From contig CM059432.1 of the NCBI GenBank assembly GCA_030390025.1, positions 102,302,001-102,366,000 of the forward strand: DNA of 64,000 bases, in the 5' to 3' direction. The stretch comes from Squalus acanthias. Its lineage: Eukaryota. Positions within the stretch are counted from its first letter, which is position 1, and each line of letters begins with the position of its first letter. Shown piece after piece: positions 1 to 12,270 of the stretch. The translations under genes and the position numbers were made by a program. The notes beneath the pieces are model-generated. The model was not told the origin of the DNA and searched no databases. It worked only from the letters and a program-made list of their open reading frames with translations.

Positions 1-191
1 AGGGGCTTGCGGAAGTGGTGACCAGGGAAAGGAAAAAGGCAGTGGTGCCGAGGTGACTGTCTTTGTGGCATTCCCATAGCACCCTTCAACTCTTGCCACC
101 AGCCGGATCCTCCTCCCAGTACTCCCACACCCCACAACCCCCCATCTCCAATGCTTCCAGACCCTACCACTATCCTGCCAATGCTCCCACA

Positions 192-352
192 CCCCAAAAC
201 CACCTCCCAGCACTGGCACACTCCCACCACACAACTCCCAGACCCCAAAACCACCTCCCAGCACTGGCACACTCCCACCACACAACTCCCAGACCCCAAA
301 ACCACCTCCCAGCACTGGCACACTCCCACCACACAACTCCCAGACCCCAAAA
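192..352. repeat. 51-bp tandem repeat (minisatellite), 3 copies plus a partial
   Basis: Unit CCCCAAAACCACCTCCCAGCACTGGCACACTCCCACCACACAACTCCCAGA repeated, seen as 17-aa repeats in the overlapping ORFs. Confidence 0.95.
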
Positions 353-715
353 ACCTCTCCTACTACTCCAACAGCAAGGATTCTCCTTCCCAGTGCTCCC
401 CCACTCCAAAATCCGTTCTGCTTCTCCTGCACATCATTATCCGCCTCCAACTGCTCCTACACCTCTAGTTGGGAAGGTGGATACTATTAAGCCACATAAC
501 ACCTCCTCAATAACCTACACACATCCTACCCACCTAAAACCAGGAGCATCATCCCTACCATTTTCCCCGACTGACATTTTGTACTTTAAAAATCAGCAAG
601 TACACAGCTAAACAAGCGTATATTTACATTTTGTACAAAACTATGGACAAAATCACATCATTTGAACACAAAAATACTGGTAACACACCCATCAAATTTT
701 GTAAAAAAAAATATA

Positions 716-1436
716 GGCCCGTATTTTCCAATCGCAGGCCTCCCGCGGGCGGAGGCCTGCGATCTGGAAAAATCTACGCCCTTATCTGAGGGCTCCCGGG
801 ACGCACACACTTCCGATCTTGGGCCTCTCCAAACTCCAAGTGCGCAGGGCCCACGTATCCCAGGGGCACAGGCAGTTCGCAGCGTCTCTGGGATCACGTG
901 GGCCATGGGGAGCCAATCAAAGAAGGGAATCTCCCTTCATACACTTGACAGGAAGACCATATGAATGGAGATCACCCCAAAAAATTTTTAAAACTCACAT
1001 TTTTAAAATGACTTGAAATTACAATAAATTACAATACAACTATTTTAAACAAAAATTTCAAATTTTTGAAAAAATAATTGAAGTTTTTTACGGGGCTAAA
1101 AATAAACTTACCTTTTTTAAAAGTATTTTTAAATGATAAATCAGTGAAATTTTTATTTTAACTTTTTTCAACTCTTATCCTGGTAAAAGCAGCCCTTATG
1201 CCTGCTTTTACCAGGCGTAAGAATTGTAAGGGTTTCCTGCGGGCGGAGGGTCTCCAAAAAGCGGAACTATCCGCCTGCAGAGGCCCTTCTCCAGGGCAAC
1301 CGGAGGATCTGTCAAGAGCTTTCTTGACAGATCAGAAATGCCGGTTTTCAGCGCATGCCTGAAACCAGCATTTCCGATGTCCCTACGGATGGGTACACAG
1401 CACGTACCCACCCGTAGGGATTGGAATATCCGGCCC
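716..1436. mobile_element. PIF/Harbinger-type MITE, family A copy 1
   Basis: TIR GGCCCGTATTTTCCAATC / GATTGGAATATCCGGCCC, 3-bp TSD ATA, AT-rich core, homologous to 20712-21421. Confidence 0.85.
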
Positions 1437-2043
1437 ATAATTTCAATTATTCAATCATATATCAGTGGTGCTGATAATACATTGTACAATACATTTCATA
1501 AAACAGTATATTCTCTGACTCAATCACAGGAAACCAGCTAGAATCTAATCTTTGAATATTCATGTGTGAAAATGATATTGTTAAACATCATTAGAAGACT
1601 ATAAAAGCTTCCTGATGAGGATTCCCCCACCTCAGAAAGGACATTCTATTATAAAATACAGCTGTTGCCAACTTTTGTGTCCCTCCAGAATAACACGCAA
1701 AAAATACACATTGTGCTTTTAAAGAATCAAGTCTCATCCAAATGGACTGCAAAGTGTATTCCTGTTGCCATGTCAATGGCACATCACAAGCATGTCTCTG
1801 GGGCACACCATGAAATGTAGCTGTTGCTTTGATCAATGTAGCTTTCTGAGACCACATCAAAGAAGGGAAAAAAATTGGCAATAAGAAATAAAAGAAAGTT
1901 CTATTTAACGAAGTACAATTTTACGACTGGTGATTAATATACTTGGTACAACATTTACTTGTAATATTCTCCAGAATATTTTCCAATAAACCTGCAGTAA
2001 TTATGTCAGAAAGCACGACTGTCCCCTGTTGGAGGGATTGTAC

Positions 2044-2580
2044 AGAACATAAGAACATAAGAAATAGGAGCAGGAGTAGGCCATTCGACCCTTCACACCT
2101 GCTCTGCCATTCAATGAGATCATGGCTGATCTTCTGCCTCAACTCCATTCACCGGCCCTATCGCCATATCCCTTGATGCCTTTACTAGTCAGAAATCTAT
2201 CGACTTCTGTTTTGAATATACCCAACGACTGAGCCTCCACAGCCCTCTGGGGTAGAGAATTCCAAAGATTCACCACCCTCTGTGTGAAGAAATTTCTTCT
2301 CATCTCAGTCCTGAATGGCCTACCCTTTATCCTGAGGCTGTGGCCCCTGGTTCTAGACTCCCCAGCCAAGGGAAACATTCTCCCAGCATCCACCCGATCA
2401 AGCCCTGTAATAATTTTGTATGCTTCAATGAGATCCCCTCTCATTCTTCTGAATTCAAGAGAATACATGCCTAGTTTACTCAATTTCTTCTCATACGACA
2501 GTCCCACCATCCCAGGAATCAAACTCGTGAACCTTCGTTGCACTCCCTCTATGGCAAGTATATTCTCCCTTAGGTAAGGA
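2044..2580 (-). mobile_element. CR1 LINE 3' fragment
   Basis: ORF 2139-2543 encodes the CR1 ORF2 C-terminus (LEFRRMRGDLIE...TRGHSL...FFTQRVVNLWNSLP), with an (TTCTTATG)n-type tail. Confidence 0.9.
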
Positions 2581-2802
2581 TGACATCTAAATGTTCATAA
2601 AACAGCCAAAGGTTATTGGCCTTTTGACTCTCAGTTATCCATTGTTGCCTTGCATATTGTATTATACAAAAAAAAATTCCAAACCTCACTGATTGTTAGC
2701 TGACGGAGTCCAAATCTCAGTCAAGGATGAAAGCTGAACTTGCAAAGTTCCAGGTTTAATGCATTTGCTCCACTAGATCTATCATATTTTCTAATACACA
2801 AT

Positions 2803-3514
2803 GGCCTGGAACTTGCGGTCCTGAAGACAGCGAACTGGCAGCGTTCACCGTCATTTCGTCTTTGAAACTGACCGCAACTCCAGGACTTCGCGCATGCTCT
2901 GCCTAACGCGGAAATCCTGAAGTTGCGGTCAGTCATTCACTGCTCCTCCACAGGCTGTGCTGTGGGCCCCCCAGAGCCAGCAATCAATGTCAAATCTTGA
3001 CAAAAACTTTGGCTCTTCCACGGTAGTACCGCTCTTAAATACCTCATTAAAAGTTAGACCCTTTTGAATTAGGTGTAACTGGGGTTTTAACAGTGTATTG
3101 ACTGCAAAACAAAGGTTATGGCCCTGAAAAACTAATTTTAATTTTGTGGTGTGTCAAATTTATCCATTTTAATTAAAAAAAAAAATTTTTAAGAAACTTT
3201 TTTAAAAATTCATTTTTGTTAAAAGTTTGTTCCTCTTTATTTCAGGTTTTCCTTTTCCCCATGTGAGAGCCCCAATCTTTGTTTTGCTCTCAAAAACATT
3301 TAAAAAAAAGTTATAATCAAAGCCACTTCCTGATTTGCTGTCTCTGAGAATTCTGCATTTTGATTGGCTGCTTAGAGAGATTGTTGGCGTCACAGCAGCT
3401 CGCGTTAGGGGTTCCCCATTAACTTGCCTTGATTTCAATTATGCATCTGAAAAGCCGAACTTCTCGCCACAGAGATCGCAAGATTGCTTCACTGCTGACC
3501 ACAAATTATGGGCC
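2803..3514. mobile_element. Harbinger-type MITE, family B
   Basis: TIR GGCCTGGAACTTGCGGTC / GACCACAAATTATGGGCC, internal hairpin ~2869-2929, AT-rich core. Confidence 0.75.
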
Positions 3515-3727
3515 TATTTTGATGTACATTATCCAATTCAAATTGTGTTGCTGAAATCTGCATGCTTTGTCATGTTAGAATGTCAGCAATCAAAGATCTA
3601 ACTGACTCAGAATTGTCAGCTTTATAGTAATAGAATATAGATCCTGTGAATGATCAGAATCTAAAAAGGAAACAGAGTTAATTATCATCAAATCGCACCT
3701 GGAAACATGTAAAACTGATGATACAAT

Positions 3728-3838
3728 GGCCTGTAATTTGCGGTCAGCGGCGAAACAAAGGCATTGTGGTCAGTTTCAAAGGCAAAATGACGGTGAACAC
3801 TGCCAGTTCACCATCATCAGGACCACAAGTTCCGGGCC
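3728..3838. mobile_element. Miniature (111 bp) internally deleted family-B MITE, inverted relative to 2803-3514
   Basis: Its right part is the reverse complement of 2803-2875, and it carries both TIRs. Confidence 0.7.
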
Positions 3839-5359
3839 GCTAGGTTAAGTAAATAAGAAAGTAATGATAGCACTGCTCAGTTGCTGCATTGGGATAGTTT
3901 TCTGATGAGCTATTTGCTAAAAGCAAGGACTACACTTTGTTTCAGAACTGTAGTCAATAACATTAACATGTTGTTTACAATATTCCTTGTTTCTATTTTC
4001 TTTATTATGATTTTTCACATCATATGGATCTGAATAAACACGTCCCTAACTCAAAATTTATTCTGATATAAGAATAGGACTTCAACATATTTCAAAGAGC
4101 TGCAAGTGAATTTAACTGTCCATTTAAATAATGCTCCAAAACATACCCCAACAACAACGCAATGCATAACCACTTTTTTTTTTGTAACACTGAATTGATC
4201 AATTGTTTCTGGTCTGGGAAAGAACAATATCTTAGTCTAATCTGCCCCACCACTGTTAGTTAATATCCTGACAATGGCCCAGATTTTGCAGTAAAGATAA
4301 TGGGTTGGGGGGAGTTATCATTGTTCAGCATTATTAAGGAGTAAATCGGACAGCAACTTCCGATGACTGCACAGTTAAATGTGAAAATCAGGAAGTTGCT
4401 GTCCGAGTTTCCCTGCTCCTCTAGAAGCTTCACTACATCAGTATCTCACCGAGAGACTCGGCATTCAAATACATGGAACTTGTATTTGCTGTACTTAAAT
4501 GATAGATACCCACTCAACACGCCGGAAAAAATTAGGGTATGTTCATTCAATTGTAAGTGAGCTTTTAAAAGTGTGGTAAGTCTTAATTATTGCCAAAAAA
4601 AACCTCTCTGGCACTGAAAATGAACTTTTACAAGTGTGTAGCATCATTCCTTCAGATTTTAATTATTGTTGGAGATTTAAAAAAATTAAATACAAATTTT
4701 GCTTTTTTTACTGTCTCTTTCAGCTCTCTCTCTTAATCCCATCAATCTTTGCCTCTCTTTATTTTGCTTTCAGTACATGATGTGGCATTGAATTTACTAT
4801 TCTAACATACACTTCCTGGTTCAGACTCTGCGGGGGAATTTTCCGGGGTGTCAGTGGGCTTGATCAGTGGCGGGTCGGGTGGGAAAGTATTTTTTTTGAC
4901 AGCGGGTCAGGACCCTGCTGTCAACCCACTGCCACTTGCCTTTACCAAATGCTGGGTCTGTCAGCACAGAACAGACTAGACACGCAGCGGCGGGGGAGGC
5001 AATTCAGGTCATTGTGACCTTGTTAACAGAGGATTAAAAACAATTTTGAGCTCACTTTTAGAATTTACCAGCTCGCCAACAGGGTCCACACTGCTCGGGG
5101 ATCACATCTGTTAAGCTGGGCAGGAGTTAAATGGCCATGGAATCATCTCATTACTTGACGAGGCTGAGAGCTACGTGAATAGCACGTTTTGGGAGGTGGT
5201 TACCCCGCATCTTAAGAGTGTGCAGGCAGAGAGGGAATGGGTGACCGTCAGACAGAAGAGCAGGACCAGGCAGGTAGTGCAGGAGTCCCCTGAGCCCATC
5301 TTGCTCACCAACCAGTACTCGGTGCTGAGTACTGGTGAGGGCAATGGTTCTTCTGGGGA

Positions 5360-5938
5360 GTGCAGCCAGAGCCAAGTCCACAGCACCATGGAAGGCTCAG
5401 CTGCACAGGCTGGGGGAAGAGGAGAGGGAGAGCAATAGTGATAGGGGATTCAATAGCTAGGGGAGCAGATAGACGTTTCTGTGGCCGCAGACGTGACTCC
5501 AGGATGATATGTTGCCTCCCTGGTTCCAGGATCAAGGATGTCACTGAACGGCTGCAGGGCATTATGAGGGGGGAGGGTGAACAGCCAGAGGTTGTGGTAC
5601 ATATCGGTACCAACGACGTAGGTAGGAAGAGGGATGAGGTCCTGCAGGCAGAGTTTAGGGAGCATGGGAAGAGGTTAAAAAGCAGGGCCTCAAAGGTAGT
5701 AATCTCCGGATTACTACCAGTGCCACGTGCTAGTAAGTACAGAAATAGGAAGATAGAGCAGATGAATGGGTGGCTGGAGAGATGGTGTAAGTGGGAGGCC
5801 TTTATATTCGAGATGAATTGGTACCGTTTCTGGGGGAGGTGGGACCTCTACAAGCCAAACGGGTTGCACCTCAACAGGAATGGGACCAATATCCTCGTGG
5901 GAGGGTTTGCTAGTGCTGTTGGGGAGGGTTTAAACTAA
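5360..5938 (+). pseudogene. CR1 ORF1 C-terminal SGNH/GDSL esterase domain
   Basis: Motifs VIGDS, LPG, VVVHIGTND, NGLHLN. Confidence 0.85.
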
Positions 5939-5997
5939 CCTGGCAGGGGGATGGGAACCTAAGTATAGAGTCAATAAGGAGGGAAGAAAAACTGGAA

Positions 5998-8543
5998 TTG
6001 GAAAACAAAAACATAAAAAGTAAATTGGAAGGACAGAGGAATCAAGGGCTAGATAGTAGTCAACAAGGAGGTTTGCCTGTACTAAATGGTATATACTTCA
6101 ATGCATGGAGTATAGCGAACAAGGCAGATGAGCTGAGGGCACAGGTAGATACTTGGGACTATGATATTATAACTATTACAGAGACGTGGCTGAAAGAGGG
6201 GCAGGTATGGCAGCTCAACATTCCTGGTTACAGGATTTTCAGACGGGATAGAGAGGGAGGTAAAAAGGGAGGGGGGGTCGCGGTATTGATTAAAGAAACT
6301 ATTACAGCTGTGAGGAGGGATGATATGTTGGAGGGATCATCAAACGAGGCCATATGGGTCGAATTGAAAAACAGAAAAGGGGTGATCACACTGCTGGGAG
6401 TGTACTACAGACCCCCAAACAGAGAGAGGGAGATAGAAGAACAAATATGTAGACAAATTTCTGAGAAGTGCAAAAACTATAGGGCAGTAATAGTAGGGGA
6501 TTTCAACTACCCCAATATTAACTGGGATAAAATTAGTGTGAAGGGTATAGAGGGTGCGGAATTCCTAAAATGCATCCAGGAGAACTTTCTTAGCCAGTAT
6601 GTAGCAAGCCCAACAAGGGAGGGGGCGGTTCTGGACTTAGTTTTAGGGAATGAAGCTGGGCAGGTAGAAGGCGTATCAGTGGGGGAGCATTTTGATGCCA
6701 GTGACCATAATTCTGTTAGATTTAAGGTAGTTATGGAAAAGGACAAGGATAGACCAGGAATAAAAATTCTAAATTGGGGAAAAGCAAATTTTGCTAAGCT
6801 CAGAGGGGATTTAACTATAGTGGACTGGAAACAGCTACTTGAAGGTAAATCAGTGTTAGAGCAGTGGGAGGCATTCAAGGAGGAGATCCGGAGGGTTCAG
6901 ACCAAATATGTGCCCATAAAGAAAAAAGTTGGGACTAACAAATCTAGAGCCCCCTGGATGTCTAGAAACATACAGGGTAGGATAAAGGAAAAAGGGCTAA
7001 ATACTCCAGAATCTTTAGAGGAGTACAGAAAGTGCAGCGGTGCAATTAAAAAGGATATGAGGAAAACAAAGGGAGAGCATGAAAAATTCTTGCCAAGTAA
7101 AATCAAGGAAAACCCAAAGATGTTTTATAAATATATTAAGAGTAAGAGGATAACTAAAGAAAGGGTAGGGCCTATTAGAGATCATGAGGGTAATCTGTGT
7201 GTGGAGGCGGGAGACGTCGGTAGGGTTCTTAATGAATACTTTGCGTCTGTTTTCACAAAGGAGAGGGGCGAAGCAGACATTGGTATCAGGGAGGAGGAGT
7301 GTGAAATAGTAAATTAAATAAACATAGTGAGAGAGGAAGTATTAAGGGGTTTAGCAGCTTTAAAAGTGGATAAATCCCCAGGCCTGGATGAAATGTATCT
7401 CAGGCTGTTAAGCGAAGCAAAAGAGGAAATAGCAGAGGTCCTGACCATCATTTTTCAATCCTCTCTGGCTTCAGGTGTGGTGCCGGAGGACTGGAGGACT
7501 GTTAATGTGGTACCCTTGTTTAAAAAGGGAGAAAAGGATAGACCGAATAATGACAGGCCAGTCACCCTAACCTCGGTGGTGGGAAAGTTATTGGAAAGAA
7601 TTCTGAAGGACAGGATAAATCTTCATTTAGAAAGACACGGATTAATCAAGGATAGTCAGCATGGATTTGTTAAGGGAAGGTTGTGTCTGACAAACTTGAT
7701 TGAATTTTTTGAGGAGGTAACAAGGAGGGTGGATGAGGGTAATGCGTTTGATGTAGTGTATATGGACTTTAGCTAGGCTTTTGATAAGGTTCCACATGGC
7801 AGACTGGTCACGAAGTTAAAAGCTCATGGGATCCAGGGCAAAGTGTCAAGTTGGATTCAAAACTAGCTCGGAGACAGGAAGCAGAGGGTAATGGTTGATG
7901 GGTGTTTTTGTGACTGGAAGGCTGTTTCCAGTGGGGTTCCGCTGGGCTCAGTACTAGGTCCCTTGCTTTTTGTGGTATATATCAATGATCTAGACTTGAA
8001 TATAGGAGGTATGATTAAGAAGTTTGCAGATGATACTAAAATCGGCTGTGTGGTTGATATTGAAGAAGGAAGCTGTAGACTGCAGGAAGATCTCAATAAA
8101 TTGGTCAGGTGGGCAGAACAGTGGCAAATGGAATTCAATCGGGAGAAGTGTGAGGTAATGCATTTGGGGAGGGCTAACAAGGAAAGGGAATACACATTAA
8201 ATGGTAGGACACTGAGTAGTGTAGAGGAACAAAGGGACCTTAGAGTGCATGTCCACTGATCCCTAAAATTATGAGGGGCATAGATAAAGTGGATAGAAAG
8301 GACCTATTTCCGTTAGCAGAGGGGTCAAAAACCAGGGGGCACAGATTTAAAGTAATTGGTGGAAGGTTTAGAGGGGATTTGAGGGGAAATTTCTTCACCC
8401 AGAGTGTTGTGGGGGTCTGGAACTCACTGCCTGAAAGGATGGTAGAGGCAGGAACCCTAACCACATTTAAAAAGTACTTGGATGTGCACTTGGGATGCTC
8501 TAACCTGCAGGGCTACAGACCAAGAGCTGGGAAGTGGGATTAG
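5998..8543 (+). pseudogene. CR1 ORF2 (APE endonuclease + reverse transcriptase), broken by stops
   Basis: ITETWL, GVYYRPP, VGDFNYP, SDHN (EN); KSPG, QHGF, VYMDFS, GVPLGSVLGP, FADDTK (RT). Confidence 0.92.
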
Positions 8544-9444
8544 GTTGGATAGCTCTTTGTTGGCCGGCGCGGACACGATGGGCCAAAATGGCCTCCTTCC
8601 GTGCTGTAACTTTTCTATGATTCTGTGATTCTATGAAATGTGCTATAAAAGCTCCCATCTCACAACTGTTTACTTTCCAAGCTCAGAAGTTGTTGCTTAC
8701 TGCATTTGGAAGACAGATTGAGCTTTATGCAGGTTGCAAGTGTTTGGAGCAAACTCTCGATCCAGTGTCACCTCATTGGAACAACCTCTCTCACCATTGA
8801 CAGATTGCTTCTATCATCTCAAGTTCACCTGCCATCTATTCCATCAGCATGGGTACGGTTTATACTCTCTCACCACGATCAGCCCCAACACCAGCAACAC
8901 CAGGCACACCAGCAGCACCAACAACCACACCAACCTACTCCACAATCACCTGATGCTGCACAGGACACAGGGCATCAGCACCCAACCATATTGCTGCCCG
9001 GGATGCCAGGGATGGCATCACCATGGCCAGATTTACTTCACTTGACGCTGCACACCCTGGCTGCCACATGCTGTGCCAGATTGGCACCACCCCACACCAA
9101 CACCATAAAGCATCCCTACAATGCCCAAGCCATTCCTTTCATACTCATCAGCATTGTGGGGGTGCCATTATGTCTCACCATTCACTGCAACTCACTAAGG
9201 CACTTCCAAAGGTGCACACAAATCTGTCCAAGAATGCAAAGTGTTGAAAATAAAGATTTCAATGTTTGACAGCACATTAACAGAAACTTCACATGAACAT
9301 TGGCTAAAACACCCAAGTGCCAACCCTTGTGTGTCGTTAGTTGGTATGATTGGACTAGGATGAGGGTGAGTGTGAGGGGTGGCAGAGTGATGGGGATGTG
9401 ATGAGTGGCACAGCAGGATGAGGTTGAGTGTGGTTTGCAGTAAC

Positions 9445-9680
9445 GTTTCGTGATCTACTCAGATCATTGAAAGGTTTGCGCCACTGCAGCCTGGTCCTCC
9501 TGACGATATCCCTGCTTGTGCCCTCCTGTGCAATATGCAACCAGGCTGCATTGGTCTCCTGAGGAGGTCTCTTCCGCCCATTGGAAGGGAAGAGGACCTC
9601 CCTGTGTGCTGTAACTCCCTCCATAAGCATATGGAGGGAGCCATGGGAGAGCCTGGATACAGCCGTGCATCACTGTGCAG
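9445..9680 (-). pseudogene. Harbinger Myb/SANT-like DNA-binding protein, exon 1 remnant
   Basis: EVLFPSNGRKRPPQETNAAWLHIAQE...RRTRLQWRKPFNDL. Confidence 0.75.
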
Positions 9681-10601
9681 TGCATGTCAGTGTTTACAGC
9701 ACCTCAATGCTGTAGAACACTGACAGCACAAATGTCAAAGTAAATTTGTGCATGGTCCCTTTAAGGAAACTGTCTGATAACGCACCATCAAATGGCGTCA
9801 TCAGACCCAATTGGACCGGGAAACTGGGCGGGCTTAACAAGCCCAATCAGGGGAAAGTCATGTCGGAGGCCGGAATAGAGCCAGCTGCGAGGCCGCGACC
9901 TGTCACCGACCTCACCCGCCATGGACCCGCCGAGGCAGGGAAAATCGCGGCCTGCATGTCTCAGTAAGGATTCTTTAATCTGATTGGTTAAGGAGAGACA
10001 CAGTGGCTTGCCCTGTTCACACAGGTCCCAGATCACCTGTAGAGGGAGCTGCGCTGTTTTGAATTTCTAATCACTGCAAGTTCCAGTGCAAAAGCCCACA
10101 GAGAGTCTGTGAGCAAGTGTAAGTGTAATGAATGGCAATTACATGTCTAGGTTGTTATTTTCCATTGACTTTGCGCACAGCATAAAATTTCAATACTCAT
10201 TCACTTTACTGAAGTAATTTACCATGGAACATACAGAAGGTTTGCAGTGCTACACTAATTTTATCCTCATTACAGGTCAGATTACCTGAGTTATATCTTC
10301 CCTTCGAAAATGTTAATCATGTGTACAATCTTACTGCAATTTTAGTTGTATCATTGCCCTGGGTATACTTGGATATACTTGTATCACTTCTTTAGATTTT
10401 GTTTAGTATTTCCCTCTATTTCATTCTGCCGTGGATTAACTTGATTTTATCTGGGATGCCTTTCGCATCACTTGTGAAAAAGTGTCACAAAAGAAAGCTA
10501 GGCCATGTTTTATGAATGTCCCTGATTAGCTGTTTCACTTCCCAAAATACTGATTAAAAGAAATGACATAATTTTTGATGGCTGAACATTATATATTGTT
10601 A

Positions 10602-10862
10602 ACAACAACAACTTTATTTATATAGCACCTTTAACATAGTAAAACGTCCCAAGGCGCTTCACAGGAGAGTTATCAGACAAAAATTTGACACTGAACCACA
10701 TAAGGAGAAATTAGGGCAGGTGACCAAAAACTTGGTCAAAGAGGCAGGTTTTAAGGAGCATCTTAAAGGAGGAAAGAGAGGTAGAGAGGCAGAGAGGTTT
10801 AGGGAGGGAATTCCAGAGCTTAGGGCCTAGGTAACAGAAGGCACAGACGCCAATGGTTGAGT
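10602..10862 (-). mobile_element. L2-type LINE 3' end fragment
   Basis: (AAC)n tail plus TTTATATAGCACCTTT...CCCAAGGCGCTTCACAG, typical of reverse-oriented L2 ends; similar to 42400-42850. Confidence 0.65.
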
Positions 10863-11662
10863 GATATTAAACTAATAAGAAAAACACAAAGTTACTTGAA
10901 CAGTTCAGCTGGGAACTCTGGCTTTGTTTTTTTCTAGGCTTGCTTTGAAGATCTGACTTGCATCTGCAAGTAAACCTGACCCCTGCGATTTTGCTTTGAA
11001 TCAGCTAAATGAATGCATCAAAGTTGGTCAACATTGTTCAAAATGTTAAAGATCTTGTTTTAAAATTGGCCTCACTAACACTACTTTTTAAATAATAACC
11101 TTAGCATTCTTAAAACACTAAAATGGAGCACTTTAAAAGTGCAACTGCCATTAGTCTGGGTCTGTTGTAGACTAATTGATAGAGATTGATTGCTATGATT
11201 AGTCAACACCATTATCATTGTATCATTCGACTACTAGGATAGTAGTAGGCAGACTAGATGGACCTTGGTATCTTTTCATTTAGCAAGTCCTATGTTCATA
11301 TGTTCCATTGACACCAGCTAAGACCAGCTAATTCAGCACAGACCAGGGATCAAGCTTAGCATCAACATCCTTCTTAATACTAATTAATATTCACACCTGA
11401 AAAGCAAAAGCATAAATAAACATAGTCACACTGTTAAATGAACATGTACTTTGCTAACATTCAAAGTATTACTGGTGAAATATGCATTTAAGGGGAAGCT
11501 AGATAAACACGTGAGGAAGAAAGGAATAGATGGTTATGCTGATAGTGTGGAGCATAAACACCGGCATCGACCAGTTTTGCCAAATGGCCTGTTTCTGTGC
11601 TGTGTAATTCTATCTAATATTTAGTGTTAGTAAAGAGCCAATTGCCCTGTCAGTTCCTTAAT

Positions 11663-11819
11663 GGCTGGGAATTTCCTCAGGAGGTGTTTTCACTCTGCTA
11701 CTGTCATTTCCCTGGAAGTGCAATGGAAACCTCATTTATAAGTGTAAATGAGGGTTCTGTCGCACTATGGTGAAGTCACAGCGGTGGAGCGGGAGCAGCT
11801 CTCTAGGATATTCTTGGCC
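11663..11819. mobile_element. Short palindromic Harbinger-type MITE
   Basis: GGCTGGGAATTTCCT ... AGGATATTCTTGGCC; related to 12903-13050. Confidence 0.55.
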
Positions 11820-11933
11820 ATGATCTCACATGTTCTGTCCAGTTGGTTAGAAGGAACCTGCATTTATATTGTACCATCTCACCACAGTTTTGGTTTCAAG
11901 GCATGAACTGGGGCTTGGTGAACTGGGGCTTTG

Positions 11934-12270
11934 AATCACAGAGTCACAGAATCACAGAATCCCCACAGTGCAGATAGAGGCCATTTCAGCCCATCGAGCC
12001 TGCACCGACACATATCCCACCCTATCCCCGTAACCCCACGTATTAACCCCCCTAACACTAAGGGTCAATTTATCATAGCCAGATCAACCTAACCCGCACA
12101 TCTTTGGACTGTGGGAGGAAACCGGAGGACCCGAGAGGACCCGGAGAAACCCACGCAGACACGGGGAGAAAGTGCAAACTCCACACAGACAGTCACCCGA
12201 AGCCGGATTCGAACCCGGGTCCCTGGCGCTGTGAGGCAACAGTGCTAACCACTATGCCACCGTGCTGCCC
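11934..12270 (-). mobile_element. tRNA-derived SINE (HE1/V-SINE-like) with CR1-type tail
   Basis: Minus strand has A box TGGCATAGTGG, B box GGTTCGAATCC, central GGAGTTTGCACTTTCTCCCCGTGTCTGCGTGGG and a (ATTCTGTG)n tail. Confidence 0.85.

Larger units (their letters stand above)
5134..8635 (+). mobile_element. Near full-length CR1 LINE (decayed, internal deletion at ~8265)
   Basis: ORF1 esterase, then ORF2 endonuclease and RT fragments, 3' (ATTCTRTG)n tail; AAATG occurs at both flanks. Confidence 0.95.
4832..9952. mobile_element. Non-autonomous Harbinger derivative carrying a Myb/SANT exon, interrupted by a CR1
   Basis: Ends GGGGGAATTTTCC / GGAAAATCGCGGCC with TGC duplicated; homologous to 58883-62604 and 49315-50282. 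Confidence 0.75.
4276..10135. mobile_element. Harbinger-type MITE (related to 23380-24152) split by nested insertions
   Basis: Left TIR GGCCCAGATTTTGC; 4276-4831 and 9953-~10135 are colinear with 23380-24152; right end eroded. Confidence 0.65.

Noticed and set aside
192..352. CRISPR-like array
   Set aside because: The units are contiguous with no unique spacers, and the context is eukaryotic.
63..611. 182-aa Pro/His-rich ORF
   Set aside because: It arises from the stop-poor 51-bp tandem repeat; no domain or splice support.
1591..1995. Minus-strand ORFs and a possible terminal exon
   Set aside because: No recognisable homology or consistent exon chain.
8706..9269. Q/H-rich 187-aa ORF as a host gene
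   Set aside because: It lies in a repeated Harbinger derivative and the frame is not kept in the other two copies.
12190..12270. tRNA gene
   Set aside because: The A and B boxes belong to a SINE head continuous with the SINE body and tail.
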